Assembly (NCBI GenBank): GCA_000708835.1
Contig: DF237678.1
Coordinates: forward strand, 1-39,980
Source of the DNA: Klebsormidium nitens
Taxonomy: Eukaryota > Plantae > Klebsormidiophyceae
DNA length: 39,980 bases
Reading direction: 5' to 3'
The notes beneath the pieces were generated by a model, which searched no databases, had not been told where the DNA came from, and saw nothing but the letters and a program-made list of their open reading frames with translations. Below are positions 1 to 9,800 of this stretch, piece after piece (within the stretch, counting starts at the first letter, position 1; every line of letters begins with the position of its first letter). The position numbers were made by a program, and so were the translations under genes.

Positions 1-574
1 GGTGGCTCATGAGACAAGGTCTGAATGTAGTCTCGAGTCCTAAACGCCTCTCTAACAAAGCTAGGCGATGTTGAATTGCAGTCTTCGGACGAACGCAAGT
101 TGCCGCCATAGTCGATCTGACAGTGAAGGTGGCGTCACCGCACTTTGTCGCTTTGTCACTTTTTGACCATCACGACCAATCAGAAGCTCAGAGTCTAACC
201 CACGTGTCACCCAAGTGGCAATGTTGAAGGAAGTTCGTCGAGGGCACGTGCCACCTGCGTGCCCCACGGCATGTGGCAGATGCGGCTTGTGATTGGCTAG
301 CTCTGATTCTGCAACTCGCATGCCTCGTGCCCCTTTTGGAAATCAGGAATGTTCGCAGTTCACTTTCTTTCTGTGCACCCTCACGTCCTCCCTGAGTAGA
401 CGGATCCTTGGTTCGAACTTTGGCGCGCTAGAAGGATCTAGCTGACCATTTGTGACGTCCTGTGGTCAGGCACGGCTAGAGTTAAGAAAAAGCTCTGCAG
501 CTGCAGACTTGGCTTTTAAATGTGTCAAAGGACGTCTCAAACTCTTGTGCGAAGTCTCCTCATCTGTGCAAATG

Positions 575-655
575 TAAGGAGCCAATCGTGTTTCCCCGTC
601 ACAAGTGTAGAATAAGTGGTGTTGTAGCTAAGATTACTCAGAAATATATCATTTT
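575..655 (+). promoter_or_regulatory. Candidate SDR core promoter (CCAAT box and TATA-like AATATAT)
   Basis: GCCAATC at ~580-586 and AAATATATC at ~642-650, 35-100 nt upstream of the ATG. These are short motifs and the TSS is unknown. Confidence 0.25.
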
Positions 656-682
656 AAGGACAATACATGCGCAGCCAGCGCA

Positions 683-3600
683 ATGGCGGTACCCAAAGTG
701 GTTCTGGTCACTGGCTCATCAGAGGGGGGGATCGGAGCAGGCCTGTGCGAGGCGTTCCTCAAGCAGGGGTGCCGCGTGTTTGCCAGCGCCCGTCGATTGG
801 AGAGCATGAAAGGTCTGGAAAAGCAAGGATGTGACTTGGTGCAGTTAGATGTGTGTGATGAGGCGTCGATCAAGAAGTGCGTGGAGAGTGTGGTGGCAAA
901 GGCCGGCCGCATTGATATTCTGGTGAGTTGCTTGTCATTGCATTGGGATAGCTTTATGATATTTTTTGGTCCATCTCTTCCTGTCATAGTAGGTGCTCCC
1001 AAAATGGGGTTGAGTGCACCTCACATGGTCCCGCTATAATCAGGTGCCTGGCTACAGGTCGACGTTGCCAACAGGTGGTGGTCTAAAGAAAGGATCAACT
1101 TCTGTTAGATCTTTGTAGCCCTCTTATGATGTTTGTCGTCGATCTTTTCATATCTTCTCAGAAGCTACCACTCCCCATAGCATTCTATTGTCTGATAAAC
1201 TCCACTGAGCTTGCTCAGGCTCTCGCTGTCACTGCCTGTCACTGTCGAGCACCTTGGCGCAGACCACTAATGCCGGGGTTGGTCTGATCCGCCGCTCGCT
1301 CGACCTTCACAATTGCTTCAACCATCCAAACGGCGACTACCCAGACTGGGTTAGCTTTTCTTGAACCAGCAAGGGTGGCGGAATTGAGTTGCGCACAATT
1401 TTTAATGGACCCTCCAGGATACAGCGAGTGTCCGCTTTGCTGATAGCTGGTGGCAAATGCCGCAAGTTGGCCCCTGAACTTTCTGATCTAGCCCCATCCT
1501 GCAGGTTAACAAAGTTGATCCGCCTCCTTATCAACTTCGCCCTACACAGTACGAGCTTTTCTTTTCAATTGCATGATGTGTAGCTGCCTCAAGCCAGGCA
1601 GTGGTTGCAATTCCAGGTTAGTTTCTGCGGTCATTTTCAAGCTCTCAGCAGCTTAACCCTCGTGCGTAACCCCATCTCTGCAGGTCAACAAAGCTGGAGT
1701 TGGCTTGACCCACTCCCTGATGAGCCTCCTAGCCCGTGCGAGTTGCTTAGGATAACCACATATGGTGGAACCACGCCAAGCCAGGGCAGTTTTCCTAACC
1801 CCACCCTAAACCCCAATCAAAATGTCCGTAGACAACCAAGTTGTCCTAACCAACTATATCCGGTGCCCGAAGCCGCCCAATTATCCCAAATCCGAGTATG
1901 ATCACCAATCCACGTAACCCCATCTCGCAGGTTAACAATGCTGGGGTTGGCTTGATTGGGCCCCTGATGGATCTCCCCATAGACAGCGTACGGAACCTCT
2001 TCGAGACAAATGTGTATGGCGTTATCGCCATGAGTCAGGCAGTGTTTCCCGTCATGGCGAAACAAGGGGGCGGGACAATAGCCAACATTGGCAGCATTGC
2101 AGGCTGGCTGACTACTCCATGGGTGAGCTACCCACTTACATTCAGGCTTAGCGCAGATTACTTTTGTCGTGGTTGGAACCGCAGCGCTGCCGGCCGATGT
2201 TCAAAGAACATTCCAAGCCCGTAGTTCTTGGCCTCGAGCAGTCCGAACGCCTCTCGAATCTGGTCTGTGTCAGAGTTGGTGTAACCGATCAGAAGTAAGG
2301 AATCAGAAGCGTTAAATCTTTTGACATCGACAGATAGACGGTAGCAACATGAGATATGAGCTGTTTCTCAGCCATGTCAATCTTCCGTGACCCGCCTGGC
2401 TGAAGGCTCTGTGGTGGGCCATGAATTGCCCAAAGATCGATCTTGCTTGCTGCTTGCAGTGCCGCGGCAAGCACATGGCAGAGAGAAGAGTCGAACTCAG
2501 GGGCACACACAGACTTTGGACTGCTTTTCTCCTTCTCTTATATGAGTATCATTTTTGTGCCTTCCTGTCGATTTTCCGACAGTAATGTGCGTGCGCTGGT
2601 GTGGGTGTGCCAGGCAAGAGTTTCATGTCGTGCATGGGATCCTTATGTGAGGACCCCCCCCCAAAGATCGGTATCTTCCGGAGCTGATCGTTCTTGCATG
2701 CGGACGCTTTCGCTAGAATTCTCCAGGGACTGATGATTGTTGAAACGTCCGTTGATCTGCCACATTGCCTGTGCCTGGTGACTTCCCAACTCCTCAGCTT
2801 CCAGCAGCGGAGGCCAAGCTTCGGCCTCTCACCACGTTGAGTGGAATAAATCACCAGTCTTCCTGACCCCTTGGTCTGCTCAGATACTCGTCCTGTTCTG
2901 ATGATGTCATACACAGCGCGATCTCCGGCTCCAACAGGGCGACAGTGAACATCTTTGGCTAAAGTGCCCTCCAGGTTAATAAGTGACAAAATCTTTGCCC
3001 AGCTGTCCGCCAAACCCCAAGCTGACGTCATCTGCAGGGTGCGGCGTTCTACAGGATTGAGGTGGCGGTCCAGATGCAGGATTGTCTGTGCAGCTCGGCC
3101 CTTAGGATACAAAACGTTATCGTTCTTCAGTTCTTGAAAGTGCTGACGTTTTTCTCTGTGCAGGAGCGGCAAACTGCCGGCGAGTTTGAGTCCATCAGTC
3201 GTTGAGTTTGAATCCATTTCTGAATACATGTCAGCGTTCCAGTGCAGGCTGCATCTCATGAAAACTAGCCACGCTATTTGCATTGCTTTCTCGCCTGTGC
3301 TTGCTCTAATCAGGTCAAAGTCACGCCTCTTCTTTTATGACGTCACATTGCTCTCTTCAGGGTGCAGCATCCTTCCATCCAGGCGGCAAGCACCTCTTCA
3401 CAGACGGGATGCACATCTTACGAATTATTTCATAATCCTCCGTTGAATCTTCAAAGCCTGTGCCAATTCAATTCTCTTGTCTCATGCTAACGTCATCAAT
3501 CCAGTGGCAGGGCGGCGCACATCCCACGAGCAAAGCGGTGATCAAGTCCTCTACAGACAGATTGCGCTTCTTGGTAAAGCTCGTCAACGATCCTATATCC

Positions 3601-4632
3601 GTCACGTAACGCACTCCATTCATACTCCCATGCTGACGTCACAAGCTCATTCCAGGGCGCCGCATACTGCGCCAGCAAGGCTGCGATCCAGTCCCTCACG
3701 GACGGCATGCGGATGGAGATGAAGCCGTTTGGGATCGACGTCGTGTTGATCCAACCGGGGGCAATCAAAAGCAACCTTGGCAAGAACAACGCGGAGCGAC
3801 TATACTTTGAGGAAGAAGGGCGGTACAAACCGTTCGGAGATGCGATACGGGCACGCGTGGCGTTCTCGCAGCAGCCGGGCGCGACGCCGACGGACGAGTT
3901 TGCGGAAAAGGTGCGGCGAAACTCGATCACTTGGGTCTCTTTGGGAGCTCGTTTGAAACGGTGAATAAAAGAAATCTACCTGCAGACTTTTTCTTTTGAC
4001 CTCGATACGCTCAAAAGAACGGGAGCGAACACGTGACTTGCCGTTTTCGCTCTGCGTGCGCAGCTCCTGTGCAGAAGGGGCGATAGAGTTGGTAAGGTCG
4101 TTAGGAGGAGGGACAAGAAGTTTATGATGTAGGTCTTCGCTATTTTGTATTCTGTCCGCTCGGCGAGATGTAAAAGCCCTTGGGCAAATCAAAGGGGAGC
4201 AACGGTGTTTGGTAGAGGTTGTGGGAAGATTGTTTGGATACCAAGCGCGATTCTTTTAGTCTCATTTTCACGGTTCGTGGATCTCGAATGATCGTAGCCT
4301 TGTTTGAATTCCCAGAGTCCGACGCACTTCTCTGTTGACTAGCAACCTTAAGTCCTACCACTTCGATCACAATTGAACTATGAAGCTTTGTGTAGAACAG
4401 ACTTGGCCATTTCTTGCAGTCCTAATGTCTGCTAGACTTTTGTTTGCAGGCCGTTGCAACCATTCTTAAAACCAGCCCCCCCGCCCACTGGTTCTACGGC
4501 AAGCACTCTTGGACCGTGTACATACTCTCCAACTTCTTTCCAATTTGGATACAAGATTGGATGCTCGGGCGTCAGTTTAACTTGAGTGCGAAGCTGCCAC
4601 TCAAGAAAGGGGAAGGGCGAAAAACAGAATGA
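683..4632 (+). CDS. Classical short-chain dehydrogenase/reductase, AYR1 / NADPH-dependent 1-acyl-DHAP reductase-like; 4 exons, ~289 aa
   Basis: Exons 683-922, 1931-2122, 3656-3910, 4450-4632 join in frame via GT-AG introns (all phase 0). The protein has the TGSSEGGIG cofactor motif, LQLDV, LVNNAG, NIGS, catalytic YCASK, and LTDGMRMEMKPFGIDVVLIQPGAIKS. The TGxSEGGIG variant is typical of AYR1-like SDRs. Substrate is an inference. Confidence 0.9.
1250..1730 (+). repeat. Decayed tandem copies of the SDR exon-2 acceptor and exon start in intron 1
   Basis: Functional CGTAACCCCATCTCGCAG|GTTAACAATGCTGGGGTTGGCTTGA (AG at 1930) recurs as CGTAACCCCATCTCTGCAG|GTCAACAAAGCTGGAGTTGGCTTGA (AG 1683), CCCCATCCTGCAG|GTTAACAAAGTTGATC (1504) and GCGCAG|ACCACTAATGCCGGGGTTGGTCTGA (1262). 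Confidence 0.8.
3020..3390 (+). repeat. Decayed copies of the SDR exon-3 acceptor region in intron 2
   Basis: Real GCTGACGTC...TTCCAG|GGCGCCGCATACTGC (3655) resembles GCTGACGTCATCTGCAG|GGTGCGGCGTTCTAC (3037), GCTGACGT...GTGCAG|GAGCGGCAAACTGCC (3163) and TGACGTCAC...TTCAG|GGTGCAGCATCCT (3360). Confidence 0.55.
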
Positions 4633-6893
4633 ATTGCTGTTAGGCCCGCCTGATACGTACCTACGGTGGCGCCTCAACGACATGTACATACTAGGCATAC
4701 AGACGTGTTGCACTGTCAAAAAATAATGGGTTTGTTTCTCTGGTAACTTGTGAAGGAAGCAGGCTGATTCAACTCCAGGCTTGGCACGTCACATCGAGGT
4801 TTGGATAGTTTGCGAGGCCCTCAGTGTTTCACGGTTGATCACTGATCCCGCTTAGTAGCTCACACCCCATGTTGGCCGGACCACGGTCCGCCATGATCAT
4901 CTTACCCCCTTCAGTTAGACCTCAGACTGGCCGCCTTGAACTTCGTTACTAACAGTGACTACCGTACACTATAGTTGATCGCGACTAATTGGTTCAGCGG
5001 AGATCGCGCTATAGTCTAACTAACACGAGTTTACTGCATGGCGAGGGGCCAGGCTTGTATGTAGCGAGTTGAAATTTCCTAAAGTAAGCCTCGGCCCCGA
5101 CCAAGCAGACCATTTGTGAAACCGGCCCCGCGCCGCGCATGGCGGCCGGGACGGTTGCTTAATCAAAGAGCTGTCAATTATCAGTGCATCAGTGCGGGCA
5201 TAGATATATCTTAGGTGACTCGTATACGACTGATCGAGTACAGAATGCATTAAAAGAATATACCGTATACGGCACATCATACCGGTCACTAGGGATTCGA
5301 GCGTTAAGTTATGCTATAATTAATGATATGTTCATTATGTTGATTATTAATTATGTTAATTATATATGATAATTACTTCGTTAGCAGCTCGCGCTCGGCC
5401 ATGCCACGCCGAATGAAACATGCACTGTCACTGGTTCAATCCATTTTGCAAGCTGGCCAGTCCAATTGGGACGATCGGACTGTTTTTAGTGCCAGTGGCA
5501 AGTAAGTTGGCGGGGCCACCCGAGATTGCATGAGAGATCCCCGAATGATGAAAAGTTGTCATTCATGCTTCAAGCTAGCTTTCACGCCGCGACAGGCTGC
5601 GGGCACACTCGTTCATCTCTCTCTCTAATTTTGGCACACGCCACCGCGCGCGCCTTGGCAAGTAATTAAAAAGTGTACAGGCGGGGCAGTCTGCTCAGTG
5701 CAGCGGTCCAGGCGGTACGTACCACGCTGCAGCTAGCTGGGCTTTAGCTCGCATATTCGCCCATGGAACATAGGTAACAATTTGCAATCGAATCAGGCGG
5801 CGGAGCCGGGCCAATCCACGGCCTTAATACGCGGCTGTACATTGCAATCCAAATTTCACAAAATCAAAGATTTGCCAACGCAAACGCCCGAGAAGCGCGA
5901 TTCTGCATCATGTTCTGGCACCCATTTGAACACACTTTTGGTTTGGGGCTAAACACTTTGAATCTTAGAAATACGCACAAAGTCTTCCCTGCATCCTCGC
6001 AATCCAAATTGCTTGCAGTGCCAGCCCCTTATTCTGCTCAGAAAGTCGAGTCCACACCCAAAATTGCATGCTCGTGACATGCCAAATTAACAGGGTCACG
6101 CTCTCACTACTCGCTACTCACTCGAATACTCACTACTGAAGTACTCCCTACTTCTACCTCGCACGTTTCTAGTTCTGACGGGTCAAGTAAGACACTTCCT
6201 CAACACTACCGCTGATTTTTCTGATCTCAAGTGGAAGTCTCGGCTGAGATGAGGCATCACTTGAAAGCAGCCGCAGACCTTCGAGAAGAGCGCGTATGCG
6301 TACGTCCTCACACAACCCTGATGAAGACACGCAGAAACGAGGTCAGTTCCTCTTTGAGCTAATTGTCAAACGCATACGTCAGATTTTTCAGAGGGTACCG
6401 CACTCGCAAACCAATGTTATTAGGCCGCGGATCACTTGGGAACTGCAGGCAACAATCCGCCGAAAGACTTGGCAAACCGTTCTCGATATGATAATCATAA
6501 GAGTCCTAGGATCACAAAACCGTCAGTAAAAGGAAGCGGTTCCGTCGCTTCAGCAGAAACTAGGATACGAAACCAGGAGCTGTACCAGCCTGCCCGCAAA
6601 GGCGATTAGGAAGCAACAGACATACAGTCCCATATGACCTAGTAGAAACAAGAAAACGGGAATTCGATCCAGATAGCCAAGGTAAGACGGAAGTGAACGA
6701 CTGAATTGTCCGGGAAAAAGAAAGTGCAGAATCGAACCGTCTATGATACGAAAAGTAGGTTCGAATGAGTCAAGAAGGACGAAGCGTGAAGTCCAATTCG
6801 GCCAAAGGAATCTAAGCGTCTAATCCAGTCCCGAACTCGACCTCATATGGCAGAACTCAGCCAGGAAATACGGTTGGCAATGGATGTATGTGC

Positions 6894-9800
6894 TCACGCG
6901 ATGGCGCACCGCCCCTCGTGCTTGAGCTCCACTCCGTCGCACTCCATGCGGCAAATGTTCGCATAGCTTTTGTCGTTCATGCCGCACACCGGCGCGAGCA
7001 CGCGCGGGCAACCCTTCTGGCACTCGGATGACGTCACCCTCTCCTCAACTTCGGCGATCGCCAGGAGCTCCTCGTCGAAGGCGCCGCAGGGGCCGTCGTT
7101 CGCCTTCTCGCCTCCGGCGCACAGCAGCTCCCACTGGTTGGTCCACGTGTAACCCTGGGTGTCGCAGACCGGCATGATGACCCGAGGAATGGGGCAAGGC
7201 TTGCAAAAGTAGCCGTGCGCGATTTCAACGCTCGCGCATTCTGCCGCGCATTCGCCGGGGTAGGTCTTGCCGTCCTCGCCGCACACGGGGCGCGCGAAGC
7301 CGCTCTTGTCGCACGAGTCGTCGCACGAGGCGGAGACCGTTTCCTCCGTTGGGAGACTGCACACAGCGGGATCTCAGCTCGTGAGAAAACTGCGTGGGTT
7401 GGGCTTGCTTTCCCACTGAGCTACGTGGCAACGCCCGTACGCGCAACGCCGTTGAAGTCATGGAACTGCGAAAACCGCCTCTTCCAGTGAGAATCTGCGG
7501 ACAGTACGACCGGAAGTGCAGCTTTCAGGAGATTGCAACCCCGACGGTGAGGCGGGGCGACGCACATTTTCTAGTGGCGTCATCGAAGTCGCAAGGAAGA
7601 GGCTTCTCCGCTGGCAGGACGCAAACCATTCAATCAGGAAGTTGCTGACGTCCGAACCGTGTCAAAGTCTTTGGCTCAGTTTCTGAGATGGCGGCACTGG
7701 TGCGTACGTCCTAAGGGAAAGCTGACAGTATGCCCAGACCGACCTGGGAACCAACTTTTTGATACGGATACCGGGCACACCTTCTTTTCAAAGTAAGTTG
7801 AGTCATGAGGAGTTAATTCTGCAAAACGAACACGCCTGCCCAGGGTATACGAAGCAGTGATTTGGAAACATTCCTGACGGAGAATTGCTTCCAAGTTCAC
7901 CGATAATTTCAACGCTTGGGCTTCGTCGACGTTGCCTCGCAGCCCATCGTCATTGAGAGTTCCGCGGATGTTCTACTGTTTGTAAGAATCGGGAAACAAG
8001 TGAAAAGAGAGAGATTATAATACGAAAAAGAAGAGTAGATTGGGAAATGACTTCAGCAGACTCACACAATGGCGCAGCGGCCCTCGTGCTTGAGCTCCAC
8101 TCCGTCGCACTCCATGCGGCACTCGTTGGCGTAGCTCTTGTCGTTCATGCCGCACACCGGCGCGAGCACGCGCGGGCACGCTTTCTGGCACTCGGATGAC
8201 GTCACCGACTCCTCAATTTCGGCGATTGCCAGAACCGTCTCGTCAAGACCGCTGCAGGGGCCGTACTTCGCCAACTCGGCGCCGGCGCACTCAAGAGCCC
8301 ATTTGTTAACCCAGGTGTAACCGTTGGTGTCGCAGACCGGCATGATGGCCAGGGGAATGGGGCAGAACTTGCAATCGCCTCCGTGCGCGATTTCAACGCT
8401 CGCGCATTTTGCCGCGCATCCGCCGGGGTAAGTTTTGCCGTCGGCGCCGCAGACGGGGCGCGTGAAACCGCTCTTGTCGCACGAGTCGTCGCACTCGCCG
8501 GACACCGCTTCTTCCGCTGCGGAACTGCAGACCAACACGAGCGGAATGTGAAACTTCCAACTTTGGAAATTTGCATGGTGGGCTTCGCGTTGTGAGAAGA
8601 GCGCCGGGCAGAGGGCCGGATGCAAGAAGCATCACGGTCGCTGGCAAGCCAATTTTGCGCTCTATCTCGAGGGGCTGCAAAAAATCTACCGAAGGCTGTA
8701 GACGCCTTACATTAGTGAAATTGTCGGTGTACGAACAAAGGGAACTGGAGAAGGCGTTTTTGTGACGGCGGATGGGCCATTAGAAGTGAGATTCGCACAT
8801 GATGGGTAGCGAACGAAACTGCAACTTCATATTCCAGAAAAAGGGTACGGAACCTTCTTCAGAAAGACCGAGCAGATACGCAGATGGAATCAGCAGATCA
8901 GCTCAGCATTCGTGAGAGCCAAAAAACTCATTTGATCATTGCTTGACTCTCTTCACCGCCGTCCCGCGCTCCACAATACCCTAGACTTGACACAGAGCTT
9001 TGAGGATGTTCAACAATTCTGGAATGCTGCCACTTGAAGCCAACGGTACATATGCCAACGAGACCCGTCGACTCACTCGGATGACGTCAGCTCCAGTTCC
9101 GCGGCCGCCAAGAGGGCCACGTCAGCGGTCTTGCAAGCGCCGTCGTGCGCCTTTTCGGCCTTGGCACACTCGAGCGCCCACTTGTTAACCCACGTGTAAC
9201 CGTTGGTGTCGCAGACCGGGGCATAGAGCCGGGGCGTCGGGCAGTACTTGCAGAACCCGCGGTGCTTAACTTCCACCCCCGCGCAGTTTAGCGCGCACTC
9301 GCTGGGGTAGGTTTGGTCGTCTCCGCCGCAGATGGGGTTCGCCAACTTGCTCTTGTCGCAGGAGTCGCACGAGTCGGAGTTTGCTGGGGGGCTGCAGAAC
9401 AAGGGGACCGGAATGTCAGTCTTCGGGGGTCTGCATGGGTATTCGCATTGGACCGGTTGCGTGATGCAATCGGATGACGTGGGCGACGCCCGTAGCACTG
9501 CTAGCGCTATTGCGGTCGCCGGAAACCGTCTCTTCCGCTGGTGGGCTGCAAGCGATTCGGTCAGGCAGCTTTCCAACAGACTGCGACTACTGCTTGTTGC
9601 TTAATTCAAAACAAAAAGGTCTTGACAGCCCCTTTGAAAGGGCATCGAAGCAACTTGTTTAGCAAGCCTGTTCAGCGCTCACAGAAGAAGCGAGGTGAAC
9701 AAGTCGAGCGGCTGGACTGGGCGCTTGACCCCCATTGCCACTCGAGTGCATTCCACGATGCACCGTCAACCGAGAGTCTCAGCATGTTCACGAAGTAAAG

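Noticed and set aside
667-834. Out-of-frame upstream ATG overlapping the SDR start (55 codons)
   Set aside because: It lies only ~17 nt after the TATA-like motif, so it is probably upstream of the TSS. It cannot be supported without 5' end data.
2549-3283. 244-aa minus-strand ORF inside SDR intron 2
   Set aside because: No recognisable motif, atypical composition, and it overlaps plus-strand junction copies. Most likely a chance ORF.
5030-5900. Palindrome-rich region with an AT-rich core (5330-5375) between the SDR and Kazal 3' ends
   Set aside because: No terminal inverted repeats or TSD could be defined, so no element is called.
8062-8065. Treating the TGA at the end of each Kazal ORF in the ORF track (also 9073, 9851, 10901) as ends of separate genes
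   Set aside because: Each TGA lies within a GTGAG donor, and the next exon begins at a phase-compatible acceptor without its own start or signal peptide.
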